NCBI RefSeq assembly: GCF_964204645.1
Contig: NC_134027.1
Span: forward strand, 7,658,485 to 7,722,484
Source of the DNA: Tubulanus polymorphus
Taxonomy: Eukaryota > Animalia > Nemertea
Length of the DNA: 64,000 bases
Direction of reading: 5' to 3'
The position numbers and the translations under genes were made by a program. The notes under the pieces were generated by a model, which was given only the letters and a program-made list of their open reading frames with translations, was not told the DNA's origin and made no database searches. This document shows positions 26,501-41,400 of the stretch, piece after piece. The stretch's first letter is position 1. Each line of letters starts with the position of its first letter.

Positions 26501-29500
26501 TTTCAAATTCGACGGTAACCAGTCGGATTTCTCCGCACAGCATCGATTCAGGAAAACGATGAAATTTCACCTGAAATGAATGCAATAAATCAATGATCAT
26601 TATCTTCTGAAAATGCTTCAACATACGGTGGTAATAATAGTGATCTCCCTCATATTACTTTTGCTGCAGAACGACCTACCTCGAGCAAGGGCATCTTAGG
26701 AGCTATGATTAAATCCAAGCGACAGTCTGGTCCGTAGACCTTACTTGTTTTCTCCGTTTTCGACTGATTCAATCTAGGACCCTGCACTTCTAAGATACTC
26801 TTTCCACGTATAGATATCGTACTGATGAAACTCGGTCGTTTAGTAATGAGTGGACTATCAGCGGGTAACTGAATCATCTGAGTACTAGAGCCGAGATTAT
26901 AGGCTATACCGGTTATACCTAATTCACCAGTTTGCTTAGGAATCACAGTTAGATGGATCTAAATATTTAAGAATACATTTCCATAAAGTTCAATAAAGCT
27001 AACCAGATTTCAGTTGTATGAGTACAGAGTATGGTTATTGATAATAGAATAGCCACACTCTGAGATGCAGAATGGATTACTGGTATAAGTTTAAATCCCA
27101 CTATTATTACAGTCATGGATTCTTACTGGTTTCCGTTCCATAGGAAGTAGAATAAATTCAGGAATGACTTGAGTTTCTATCACTTCATCGCTTAAAGAGC
27201 TCTGAAAAATAATAACAGTTTCAAACACTAAGCCACAGTACCAGTAAATAATCATAACCTAAAACGAGAGAAAAGTGAGAAGGTTTAGAAGGTAATACTA
27301 GACTTACTTTCACATTTGTTTCTTTCTCATTTGTAAGAATAAGGCTCGGGTTTTGTTGGTTTTTTTCTTCACCGTATTCCATCACCTGGAATTTCCACAG
27401 CAGTATCACATCTGATAAAACTAACGCTACCTTTAATGGATTCTGTAACATCACTTCCAGTTGAACAGCTTCTAAAAACAGTAAAATAAATAAATGAACT
27501 CATTATCATCTGTAAGTTTGCTATATTCTCCCAAGGCATCTTAAAATTTTAGATTTCTTTAAACACATACTTCAAGCTTCCACTTAAAATAGATGAAAAA
27601 TTATTCAAACTTTAGGATTAGCTACTGCAAGACTGACATTTGACAACTTGACATATTTGACCAACAGAATTAGCTGAATGATGTATTTCTTCTCTTTTCT
27701 TACCTCCAACCACCGCAGTTGGACTATGATTGTTATTTGTTCTATTCGAATAGCAATGAACAGTAGGTTTGAATACAGGTGATACAGTGCCATTATTTGC
27801 AGACATCAGTAACAGTTGTTCCAGGATCGGCCAATTGGTCGATTCTTCAGTGTCAACATTTTCAAACGTAACTGACGATGCTTGAATATAAGTTGCTGAA
27901 AATCCAGGAAATATAATCAAAACTATACAATCCACAATACAGAGTCGAGGATAAACGTATGGTTGGTTTACTCAGAAACATACTTTCCTCGATGTTTTCA
28001 GATCTGCAAGCCGAAAGAAGAACTTTCGGACTGTTATCATCTATCAGTGGAAGCGGAAGTTGAGGATATGCACCGTTTACTAGAGTTATACCTTCTCCGT
28101 ATGACTGAGCCATCAGTTGCTGAAATATCAAATACAACTACTCTAACAGACATGCACAGAGGTCAAGCTTTAGACGATAAGCAATTCATTCATTCGTCCC
28201 TCACAATCATTGAACAGTTGGCAGGAAATATGTAGGTCAAGATAGCTGCTAGAATTACGTACCTTATAAACAAAGAGATATTCTCGAAGAAAGGCATTCT
28301 GTTGAGCTGGTGTCTGATGACTTTCGCGTGTTAGTAAATGTTTGAAAGCAGCCGTGGCATTCTCTAGTTGTTTCAAATTAAACGACTGTCGCCCAAGAGT
28401 AAAATTTATATGATCCTGCAAAACCAAATCAAAGATTACATTTAAGGGAAACATCATAAACATTGGCTACCAGTCAGCCATCTTATCACGTTAATGCAAA
28501 CTTCACACAAATGGTGGTACAACCAAAACCATATCCCCCTAGATATAGATATATCTAGGTAGGATTCTTTTTGGTGTATCTAGAAACTAATATCATTTAC
28601 ACTTACTTCAGCAAGGGTCCATTCTTTTCCTTTATACACCTGCAAAGCTTGTGAATATGCCCGTAATGCATGTCGCCTCTGAAAAATCAAGAACAAAAGT
28701 ATCAAAATATCAAAAATCAATACAATTGTGACCAAGCGAGATACGACGAGAAGAGACACAATATCTGTGTATGAAGATAACGAGAGAAATCCCACAATAA
28801 CGAAGCCAAGATTGAAAAATTCTATGTCAGAATGATTAAATTTGAGGAGTGACGTTTCGGCTTACAACTGTTAGCCATCATCAGCATCTAACAGTTGTTA
28901 GCCGAAACGTCGCTCCTCAAATATAATCATTCTGATATAGAATTTTTCAATCTTGGCTTCGTTATTGTGGGATTTCTCTCGTAAGCGAGATACGTATCAA
29001 CTTAATTGCTCCAAATCTACCTGGCCAGCTTTACTGAAACGATGTCCAGCTAGGATCATATGGAAGGCATATTTTCGAACCATCGGAACTTTCATGTTGA
29101 TAAAACAATGAGCTGCTTGCTCCAATAATAAGGCACTCCTCAAATCTGCATCCTATGGTAAAGAGTTGATGATGAATAGCATGAAACACAATATTGAGAT
29201 CCGCCAAAATGCCTTTGTACAAGACTGAAGGAGATTGTTCTGTTGACCATTAATTTGGTTATTATATTATTTCCAAGTATAAGACTTACCTCGCTCGTCA
29301 TTTTTATGAACTGCATGGCTGCTTCTGAATAGAGTCCTCGTGATTTTAAAGCCTCTGTACTCATCAACGTTGTCCTAGTAGCAAACTGAGGCGACCTGCG
29401 GTGAAAAAAATTCAAATGGTATAATAAACAAGTAGTGTCGCCACAAATACGTCCAGAAAAGTACCTGTACCTCCATTTTGATTAGGACATTTGCTAATTG

Positions 29501-32500
29501 GAGGGATGACTTTCATGACGACTTACTTGCACGTATTGAGGTAAGTCGATATACTAGAATCCATGTAGTGATTTGGATACTGTCGTTGACTAATGCTGCC
29601 TTGCATGAAGATACTTAAACACGCCATTTCCTACAACATGAATACAACAGTTACTATAGAGAACTGGGAGGGAAAACTGTCCTTTTTTACGAGCAGTTAA
29701 TGATCATCTATTTGTAGTTCAGTCATGAAATTTAACATGTGCACAGAGGAATAGTATGCCATAAATGCAAAGCTCCAATAAAATAAATTTAAGTACCATG
29801 ACTCCAGCAAAGTGTAGCCAAGCGTGATCATTCTGGAAATCTCTTTTTACACTGTGGTAAGTTTGATAGGCCAATTCATACTGTTGAAACATGAACGCTA
29901 AATCTGCAAATCTACGCATCTGAAGCTCTGGCGCTTCCTGAGTATATCTGGAGAAAATAGAACATCAAAATACAGCCAATTTTATAAGTGCTTATTCTGT
30001 ATATGTACAATCGGTTTTTTATCTAATGAAGATAATGTGGTCAGAGGGAATTATGAGAAACTCCATCAATGTCATTGTCTCTAGCTTCATTCAACAATGC
30101 TGGATCTGTTCATGGACAGTTCTGAGTCTATGATTCATTCCATCTTAACAGCATTCCAGACTTAACAGCTTAAATTTATTTTTTGTCCAGACACTCAACG
30201 TTTCCTTTATCTAATCATCCATAAATAACTAACTTAATCTGCACTACCCAAAAGCTCTTTCCCCAGTGATATGGATTAAATAAGGTTGATTTTTCTTTTT
30301 ACTTGACCAGTGAAGTTGAACATTTAACTCCAGTTGGCCAGAAATACTTACACTACGGTAGTATTTTGCATAGGACTTTGTTGACCCGGAGGCGTCTTAC
30401 TGCTACCAAACCATTTTTTCGTTGCACTAAAGAAGGACCGATGAATACCTTTTCTTGAAATCAACTGCAACGAGATAAAACAATTACTTACTTCAAGGGT
30501 AATAAAGATTGATAATCTATCTGCTATGTAGACCAGTAAAAGGATAAAAGCGAGGGATGGCATAGACATTTTACGCGGTCCCTACAGATCAGTTGTTCCT
30601 GGATATACCGGTAAGGAGTTTTAAAGAATTCAAAATTGAAGGAAGTGTCTGCATTACTCTCATATCCCAATTACAATAGACTCCTAAATCAGTACTGTAA
30701 ACTGTAAGCCATTTTGTAACCAAATTCCTATCCTTTCTTATTTGGTAACAGCCTAATTGGGCAACAAATTCTGGCCCTAACTGTACCAACATAGGCATAG
30801 TCTACTATACAACTTCTAAAATTTCTAATCGCCTATTCCTCAAAATTTAAGGAATCTTAAAGGAGTTTCGCTCAAATTAAAGGAGTTTCAAACGCCTTTA
30901 AAGTCATTTTCCGTGGAGCGGTGTGGCCGAGCGGTTAGAGCGTTCGACTCTGGGAAGCCAGGTCATGGGTTCGAACCCCGTACATTGCAGTAGTGTCCTC
31001 AGGCAAGACACTTATCCTCATTGCCTCTCTCCACCCAGGAGTAAATGGGTACCTGGCCTGATAGACGACTCCTGAGCGTTTGTTAGCTGCTCGGTGTTAC
31101 TTCTCCCCAGGGAGAGATGACTGATACATGTTAGAGTATAAAATTGGCCGGGGTAATAATATCAACTAGGGGTCCAGGGACACCATGCCCACTTGGGAAG
31201 TGGTTTCAAATGCTCAACAATCTAACAATTTCAATATTCAACGCCCCCTGGTGACCATATACAGAATCCAATGACCTTGAAACTCACCAAAATCATAGAA
31301 CATGTCAGCAGCTACGATTTTGTAATTGATTGTGATAACAAAATATGCCTTGTTACCAATTTACTATTTGCCATTATTATTACTATTTACTATTTGGAAA
31401 TACTAAGTCATTCTACTATTCAACGCCCCCTGGTGACCATATTCAAAACCCAATGACCTCGAAACTCACCACAATCATAGAATATGTCACGAACTACAAC
31501 TTTGCAATTGATCATGGTAACAAAATATGCCTAGGTACCAATATAATAAGGAAATACTAAGTTATTCTACTATTCAACGCCCCCTGGTGACCATATAGAA
31601 AAACTTATGTCCTTAAAACTCGCAAAAATCATAGATGATGTCATGAGCTACAACTTTCCAATTGATTGTGGTTACAAAATATGCATTGATACGAATATAA
31701 TAAAGAAATGCTAAGATATTGTATTATTCAACGCCCCCTGGTGGCCATATACGAAATCCGATTACCTTGAAACTCACCACAATCATAGAGCACGTTATGA
31801 GCTACAACTTTCTAATTGATTGTGGTAGCAAAATACGCTTAGGTATCAATATAATGTGGAAAAACTTTTTCCAACTTACGAATGAGTACTGGTGACACCA
31901 AGATGGCCGCCAATTGCGTCATAATTGGCTGATGAAAAATGCCTGTCTCAGGTATAAAACATCCCTTTCCAAAGAATACCCATCACAAATTGTAATGAGA
32001 AATGGCAAACCAGTAGGAAGCTACAGGACTCGGGCCAAAATTAACATTTTTGGGCACTAAAAAGGTCATAGGACGGCCATCTTGAGTCCGACCGACCCAA
32101 TTTTTGTTATGTTGATGGGCCCTGGGGGGATTCACATTTATCTGAAAGATCAAGGTAATTGATCGAAGCGTCTTCAAAATTTCCCTCAAAAAGTTCAAAA
32201 ATGTGTAAAAAGTGCTGATTTTGGTGAACAACAATGGCTGCCAGTCGGCCATCTTGATTCTGACAGGGCCAGTTTTTGGGCTGAAGATGTGTCTAGGGTA
32301 GATACATGTGTAACCCAAATATCGAGACATTACCTTGAAGCGTCTTCAAAACTTCCCAAAATAACTGGATTCCGTCTACGGACGGACGGACGACGGACGA
32401 AAAGTGAACGCAATAGCCCGCTGGGACTTAAGTCCCAAGTGGGCTAAAAAATGTAAAGCGCTCTGAGCAGCCTGGCTGGATTTAGCGCTATATAAGACAC

Positions 32501-35340
32501 ATATTATTATCATTATTTATTTAAAATGAGTTTATAAGAAATCGTAGGAAACCTGTTTTATCAAGGGGTGATCAGTTCTATTTCCATACATACCTGTTCA
32601 TTGAGAACTCGTATAGATCTTTCCGCCCACGGAATTAAACCTCGTACAATGAACTCGTGGATGAATATTCTCAGACGATCGTGATCGCTGATTGTTAAAC
32701 ACATTCCGTGCTGTAAAGCGCGTGCTCGATCGGTTAATGAAATCATTGAATTCGACAGCGGATTCGTGTCTCGTAACGACGCCAAGTTGTCTGAAAACGT
32801 CGTATAAACAGGTGATTGGTCATCCTCTGTACGAGCGAGAGGATGGTCTATTACCTCGACACTATTTGGCTGACCGATGAAATCTGTAAGAGAAGGAAAT
32901 TATTATCCAAAACTGAAACACTTAACAGCAGTCAATTTGTTGATTCCCCATCTAACTAGACACAAATTTCAAATTATGTTTTTCTAAAAATCAAAGGAGT
33001 TTCAAGAACCTTTAAAAACGTATTCTATTTAGGAGTTTTTAAGGCATCCAAGGTGTCATAGGGACCCTGACTACGAAACAAACTGCTATCAGGTAATTCT
33101 TACCTTCAGTTGCTTCTGACGCTGGTTCGATATTTGAGATATCAGGTCGACTACTCGGTACCGGCTGTTTGCTTTGCATCGACGTCAACATATCCAACGG
33201 TTGATTGCTATAACTGAAATCATGATCTATCGCATCCTGGAAAACGATAAAACGATCGAAATATGTCAGTCAAGAATATCAATTTCACTGTTGTATGCTC
33301 AGGGGCAGATTTAGGGGGTGGTCTCAGGGGTCTGGACCCCTGCCTTCCTATAAGGTTGCCTTTTTTGTTAAGACAGAGACAGAACCTATAGATTTGACAC
33401 TCATCCTCTCAAAAATTGCATCTTTTAGGGTATATCTAACCCTAGATAGAAGGACCCCACTTGTTCAATGACATGACTGCTTTATCCGAAATTGCCTTTT
33501 CTTTATTTCTGGATCCGCCTCCGATGGTTTTGTATCGCCATCTACAGTACCATTGAATTTTGAATTCGATAATACGAAATTTACTACAACACTCACCGAG
33601 GAATTAATACGCTTGGGTAAAAACTGACACCACGGATCGGGCATCTGAGTCAGTTCACCTTTCATATTCTCAGCCGCGGTCAACGATCGAGAATTGATTT
33701 GTAACAAGTGACAAGCATTCGCTCCGTACATACTTTTCATGCTCTGATAAACTGCCTCAGCTCTGCATAGAAATAACATAATGATTGAAGCAAGTTCGTC
33801 CTATACGAGCAGGAAAATTAAGATTTTAAATTATTTGAATCACCAGAGACCTTGGTGCTGAATGTCTGAGAATCCATAGGTCCCGGCGGTATTCGCAGAA
33901 ATTACTTATTCAGGATTAGAATGTCTTTGTTATCAAAGTGATCTAAATTACTTACTTGGATTCTTCCCCATCAACGACATCATGAAGTAGTACGTAATAT
34001 TTGAGAATATTAGGAGAAAACCATTTCGGCAGTTTATTCGAGGAACCATGCTGTTGTTGATGTTGCTGTTGAGACAATTTCTGAAATTGATCCATTGGAT
34101 CGGCATGACTTGAAGTCACCACAAATATACCTGTACATTGTCGGTTAAAGAATTTATGGTCATAGTTTTTGTATGGATAATGAATTATAATAAATACTTC
34201 AGGAAGGTACCGTTGTACATGGTTAGGAATGAATTTCTATGTTTTTATATAAAGGATACACGCAAGGAAGTGTCTCACGAATTCGTGTTCTGATGGAAAC
34301 GCCACCTGCAGGAAAGTTTCTCGGTACGCTTCGAACCAAGGAGTTGAACCTGAAAAAGTAAAAAGAAATTTTTACTTCACTATGAGCCAAATTTTCATTC
34401 CAAGTTTCTACTTCAATTTAACCGATTCAGTCTGGATTCAATTCGAAATATCGTGAAAGTTAAACCGGTCCCCGTTCCTGATAACAGAATAAACTTACTA
34501 CTAATTTGAAGATCATAACTTCCAACAGATATAATATTTCCATGGTTACCGTCACTAGAGGGCGGTTGAGTATTGCCGACTGCTTCACTCATTAGTTTAC
34601 GAGCCAAGGTCGGCTGTGGAACCGACGTGTTCATATCTTTCATAACGATACGTAAATTTTGCATCGTATGGGTCAGGTTTCCTGGATCTCTCATGTGAGC
34701 TGAAATAAAAGCCGATACTCCCAGATTATTCTATCCAAGATTATCTATATGATAATAATACATAATTGGCTGGCAATGATTCAGTGAATGTGTAGAGAAT
34801 GCAGCATTAAAAGCCTGTGCCTGCCCTGGTCACGCATGGTATTCTGAGTCAGACTGAATTTAGTATTATAGGCCTGATCGTAGGGCAAAAAAAGTGCAGG
34901 AATGAAAACCCTATTCACATTTCTAATAATAATCATAATTTTCAATGCTTGACCAGCTGGTTATCATTTGTCAATGACCGTAATATTAGTTGTAGACGTA
35001 TTTATGAACATGGTTGTTGGCGTGCTTTGCCTTTGGGACTGGCGTAAATCGTCTCTTCGGGGGGTTGAATATTACACTACATTTTTTCACCTCTTCAACC
35101 TTACACTTGCACACACCCACCGGGGCCTATAAAAAATGATAAATGGTGCAATCATTGATCTTGGTCCATGTGTGTAAACGTACCTTCTTGCGTTAGTCTA
35201 CAGAAGGGTTGTGTCATTTCAACGAATGACAGGTTGTTTTTCTGGCAAACTTGCTCGGCATCGTGGCTACATAAAACGGCGACCATAGGGCTGAACGCGT
35301 CTTGTATAAACTCGTGGGCAGTTTGCTTACACTGGGCCAT
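23553..35340 (-). CDS. TRAPPC8: Trafficking protein particle complex subunit 8 (TRAPPIII, Trs85), many exons
   Basis: MAQCKQTAHEFIQDAFSPMVAVLCS...KNNLSFVEM.QPF, TPWFEAYRETF, FIHEFIVRGLIPWAE, RRFADLAFMFQQYELAYQTYH, RKYAFHMILAGHRF, DHINFTLGRQ, LQNPLKVAL, ending ...GVYNLSQL...VINRDTSD*. Confidence 0.95.
28746..28982 (-). mobile_element. Penelope-like palindromic insertion with hammerhead-ribozyme core remnant and 12-bp flanking direct repeat
   Basis: 28780-28982 is a near-perfect ~200-bp palindrome. aagcgagatacg is duplicated at 28734-28745 and 28983-28994. The minus strand reads CUGAUGA-U-GGCU..AGCC-GAAACGUC. Confidence 0.6.
30915..32515 (+). mobile_element. tRNA-derived SINE (CORE-like central domain, L2-like tail) split by the HINE insertion
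   Basis: Pol III A box tggccgagcgg and B box gggttcgaacc. Core gtgtcctcaggcaagacactt...ctccacccaggagtaaatgggtacc. The tail tgtaaagcgctctgag...agcgctatataa(att)n resumes at ~32450, after the inserted element. Confidence 0.8.
31166..32445 (-). mobile_element. Second full-length HINE/pearl-like element, in a TRAPPC8 intron
   Basis: Same termini, microsatellite and four core repeats as 16555-17820 (spacing 182/154/154 bp; the first unit carries a ~28-bp insertion). Confidence 0.85.
33300..33522. mobile_element. MITE-like element with CAGGGGCRGAT...GGATCCGCC termini; related internal fragment at ~42330-42460
   Basis: caggggcagatttaggggg...tttctggatccgcctc. The internal tttgacactcatcctctc is shared with a TCF25 intron. 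Confidence 0.5.
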
Positions 35341-35588
35341 GTTTCAGTTTATCGTAGCTTCCTCTACAGAACCATTAGTGTTGTCAAAATAGTACGAAAA
35401 TTCGAGATTTAGCCACTCGGTGTACCTCCATGATTTTAGTGCTTAATGTCAACGTACGGTGGCGCGAGTGTGTGGATATTAGATAAAACTCGTACCCACC
35501 CGGACTCTAAGTATGCTGCGATTGCCATATTCCACTTCCCAATCCGTGTATTAGTCGTAACCGCATGTCAGTCACATGACAGGACAAG

Positions 35589-35768
35589 ATGGCGGACGTA
35601 CAGGTGGCAAGTGTAGTCTTTTTTAGTTTGCTTCTATCGGCAATATTTCCCGTTGTATCTGCATTCGATGCTGGGGATGCCATTGCACTGATTCTCGGAC
35701 TTGTAATAGGCATTTTAGGAATATGTGCTTGTCTGGGGTGCTACGCAAGACGGCGTGGAGGTCAATAA
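35589..35768 (+). CDS. SMIM30: Small integral membrane protein 30 (59-aa microprotein), single coding exon
   Basis: MADVQVASVVFFSLLLSAIFPVVSAFDAGDAIALILGLVIGILGICACLGCYARRRGGQ* carries the SMIM30 signature AGDAIAL...GICACLGxYAR. It is below the ORF-track length cut-off. Confidence 0.9.
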   Translation: MADVQVASVVFFSLLLSAIFPVVSAFDAGDAIALILGLVIGILGICACLGCYARRRGGQ

Positions 35769-37181
35769 AATCAAAGTCGGCGTCACCGAAATCAAAATCA
35801 GTGACACTAATGTTTCTGGCTACGGATGGTTTATGTGCTGTTGTTAGTCCTGTGTATATATTCACTTTTGAAGCATTCATATTAGATGCTGTAATAAAAA
35901 GTCGTGATTGAACATTCCATTGATATATAATTAGTCTCCGATGATATTTGAATTTGATGTCAACTGCGACGCAAGCCTGAAGCTGAAGATAAGATCGGTT
36001 TGATTGGAGATACCTCATTTCTGGTGGACGTAAGGTGTACCAGCAGCAACCAAGATCTGAAGAATGTGAACGAGTGTTACGACCAACAACTGTGATTGTG
36101 CAAATAATGAACTGATTCAAGTTTTCGGTGAATGCAAGAAAAAGAACTGATATGAATTTGTAATAAGCCATGATGATAGATTAAAAATCAATATTTGAAG
36201 GTTGCTTAACAGATATTTTTCTACTTGTCAATGTTACTGGTGGATTGAGGGTGAAGATGATTTTTAATGCGATTATTTAATCTAACAGTTATAAATATAT
36301 TAAAACTATTGTAAAAATTATGGATTCATAAAATATGTAATATAGAATAAAAGACCTTTTCAGCTCATTTTTGCTTTTGGAATATATCCCTTTGACAACA
36401 ATCAGTAGACAGGAATTTAAACTTTTCTCAATATCACCAAGCAATGGTGAGGCCCATCAGACTGCTCTGTCCATATCTGTGGAACAAGGCAAAGGCAATG
36501 ACCAAGGACAGATGGGGCACCTGCCAATGTCTTTTCTAGTCGAAATATGTTTGTTATATCCAGCTTAGATTTACTGAAGGGTCCTTTTATGACTCATTGG
36601 TTCCTTAAACACAACAGGAAATGCATTTTTATGTCACAAAGCTTTTTTCCCACTCGACACAACGGATGATAGAACCAATCGGACTGCCTGTGAGGGCAAG
36701 TAAAATTTCAGATATACTTGCTCGCGCCAGGCAAGTGGCTTTCATTCCTTAGATCAGACCCTGTGATATAAGGTCTTGGGAAAACTGTCAAAGGTCCAAA
36801 TTGGGTCACCTAACAATGTCCATAGTGTACTAGTGTAAATATGTTTTTTGTATCCAGGTCAGAATTTGAAAATTTACTAGATTTGTAATAACTGATACAC
36901 ACTGAAGACTCTGCTCGAGTCAGATCAACTGCAGTGATTGTTAATCAGTTTTGTGATGCCTCAAATGAAATACATATATAACTCGGATTTAGTCCGACAT
37001 TTTGCTGTACAGCCCAAAAGGCCTACTTGTGCAGAGTCTATGAGTTCCACTGTTTCAATTCTTTTTCTAGGGATCCAAGGTAAGTTTAAATTGGATCAAT
37101 TCAAGAAATCAAATAAACCAAGAAGAAAATAAGGACAACCAATATGTACTAAGACCTGTTAACTTTATTTACTAAACATTT

Positions 37182-38215
<1,034 letters not shown>

Positions 38216-38499
38216 TTTGCTGCAGTTATAGCGAAGAGAAAGTTCCGGTCACGTGGCCAGATTGAAAGAACCAAAATTGTCACCTGAAACGACGAATATT
38301 TACAGTAGTTCACTATAAGAAAAGAACATATTACATTAAGAATATATGGTTATATTCCCCAATAATTGACTAGAATGTTCCCCAATATTAATCCCCCTCT
38401 TCATTGATTTGGGTCGAATATTTTGGCTTTTCGTCAATTTAACAATTGAATTGGCAAGTTCTAAAATACTAACTTCCGGAACGGAACTGGAGAAAATAA
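38216..38499. promoter_or_regulatory. Bidirectional RPS23/TCF25 promoter with TCT/5'TOP initiator
   Basis: Head-to-head ATGs 285 bp apart. The minus strand has CTTTCTCTTC (38233-38242), typical of ribosomal-protein TOP starts. ETS-like cttccgg/ccggaa sites at ~38243 and ~38473, and E-box cacgtg at ~38250. Confidence 0.7.
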
Positions 38500-41400
38500 A
38501 TGTCGAATCGAGCATTCAGAAAACTACACGGCGATAATATCGCCCACGATACCGGTTTACAACTAAATAATCCTACCCTCGACGATTCTGGCGAAGATGA
38601 GCCAAAGGCCCGTGGTTTAGTAAAGAAGAAGAAGAAAAATAAGCAAAAAGTCTTAAATCATGAGAAGAATGATAATATTATTGATGACGACAGGCCCGGC
38701 GAAGCTGGCGGCGTCGCCGTCGACTCGCCACACTCACAGCAACTGGAAAATTGTAATCGACAGAAACAAGTTGAGGACAACACAAAAACAAATCTTTTTG
38801 ATCTTGTAAGTGATTTTAAGTAAACTTGTTCAGACCTACTTCTGAAATAGAATTAACAATTGATTAATTTCATTTGATTATAGTTGAATGAAGATGAAGA
38901 GGAGGATGAGAATAATGAAGATGATGGAGGTATTATAAGAAATGAAGAGTTTCATCAGAATGATGTGAAAATAAAGAAAAAGAAGCGCAAGCGAAAGAAA
39001 AATAAGAACGCGAATGTCGAATCGGCAGGTTGTAATTCAATATCGACTTCAAAAAAGGTTTGTATTATGATTACATGGTCATATGAAAATGTTTTGATTT
39101 GGTAAATGCTTATATTATTTATTGCTTTATTTCTGTTTTAAAAGGAAGATGATATTGACGAAGTAGAAGCAGCAATCCAAGAGGTGAATGCAATTCTAGG
39201 TGATAAGATAGATGATGTTCCGTTACAAAGACAGCATTCTACTGAACCTCAGTCCATTACATCATCATTACTGAATGTAGAACACAGGTAGATGCCGGTG
39301 CATTTGAATGTCTTAACTTAATAATCTTTTCGAAAAAACCTTTTACATAAAACTAGTTCGCCAATCCCAGTTTTTTTCCAATTTGCTTGATGAGGCAGAA
39401 TTAACCAATGTGAAACTTTGATTACATTAAGGAATCTAAATCCAGAAAATGAAATGAAGAAGATATTCGGATCCAGAGTTGTACAGAGCGCTGCTGAGAA
39501 GTAAGTTTACATCTTCTTTTCTAAAATTGATGAAAATAAAATGTTCTCCCAGTTTTCTGATTGAATTCTGTGTATTTCATTCATATAGTAATCGCCGCCG
39601 TCAGAGGAACCGCATTCATCACCGTTCTGGTTGGTTAGCTCAGCCTAAAGACACCTGGCCACCCATACAAAATGAAGGTTAGTCATTTTGTTGTACACTT
39701 AAAAATTTTCATAACCAGTGAATTTGGTTTGTCTAGCCTTTTTATGTCTATTTGTACATGTCCTTATGCTTTGATGTCGATTTTCTATCAAAAGGGATTA
39801 TAACATATTAAATCATTCTCATCAAGTAGCCCAATCATGGGGTTATTGAATTCAGTGGAAGATAATGGAGTGGAGTCTAGTACATTGCTATTTATTTTCA
39901 GGTTTATCTATGAATCTGATTGAGAAATCGAATGGCTTGATGTATTTCACATTCGTTCATAGTACGTCATATCAACAAACACAGTTCCGTTTTCTCGACG
40001 CAGTGGAATCGTACGATCCTCAAAACATCATGGTAAATCTGACAAATTAAATCTAAGTTTGGGGACTTTTCACTAACTATTGAGCTCAAGTTTCCAAATG
40101 AACAATTTACAAGTCATACTTCCCTGCTTATGGGGTTAAGATTGTTTTGTTGATAAATTTTGATTACAGGATGTATTGAAATACCATCCATATCATATAG
40201 ATTCATTGATACAACTGAGTGATACTTGTCGAATGAACGATGACACACAGATGGCAGCTGATCTGATAGGTGAAAATTAATATATTTCAAAAAATATATC
40301 ACTGTATAATCCACAATGATTATGTGCCTTAAAGTCAAATGAAGTAGGGATGTAAATAGAATATGTAATCCTCATATAAAAGATTTTCTCGCTTCATTGT
40401 TACACTTACTGTAACCTGAAGCGTGGAAGGTCACTTCGATGTTATTTTTTTTTACAACATTATTTTACAATCTTCTTTCACAGAACGTGCTCTGTTTGCA
40501 TTTGAAAGTGCATTTCATACATTATTCAGTTTGACACAAGGAAATTGTCGACTCGATTTTAGACGACCAGAAAATAGGTTTGTTTTAACATCAGATTGTA
40601 TCATTGAGCCATAATGATCCAAGCACCTAAAATGTTTTGCATATAATATGGACTTAACATGGTTATGTTCCAGGGCATTCTATATTGCGTTGTTCCGTCA
40701 TTTGAAATTTGTTGGTCTGAGGGGATGTTACAGAACTGCTTTAGATTTCTGCAAATTATTACTTAAGTAAGAGGTGACAGATATCAAAAAAGGTTTTATA
40801 CATGGATTAATGAATTGTATCAAGTGGTAATATTGAATGGTCTTTTATGATTACAGTTTAGATCCGGAAAATGATCCCATGTGTGTTCTATTGATGATTG
40901 ATTTCTATGCATTACGATCACAACAGTACACATTCTTGATTCGCTTGTTCGACGAATGGGAGGTAGAGTATTCAAAAGTGATTGATAAATTGCTTAAGTC
41001 AGAAGCGCTGCTGGCTCATGTTGAACCATACGTGTATTTTCTTTCGTCTCAGGTTCATCGAAATCTATCACAATTGCCAAATTTTGCGATGTCGATCGCT
41101 CTCGCACATTTTTATGAGGAATCTCAAAAGTCAGATTCTACAGAATTAGCAGATGAAATGGTAATGATTTGCTTACTTCACTGTTGCACTATGAATGATA
41201 TATATGAAATCGTTGCATTGTAATTCCTAATTTCAGCTACAAAACGCTTTACTGATGTTTCCAAGTTGTCTGTTACCATTGTTAGATAAATGCAGTATTA
41301 ATCCGGATGCAAGAGTCAGTGCGCATGAATATTTCAGTATCCATAACAAGTACGTAGACTCCTTGAATTGCTAAGATTGCTGAAAAAAAGTGTGAATGTA

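Noticed and set aside
30915-30985. tRNA-like sequence with A and B boxes
   Set aside because: No proper acceptor stem or terminator. It continues directly into a SINE core and tail, so it is a SINE head rather than a tRNA gene.
35623-36171. 182-aa minus-strand ORF
   Set aside because: It is antisense to SMIM30 and its 3'UTR, with no recognisable domain.
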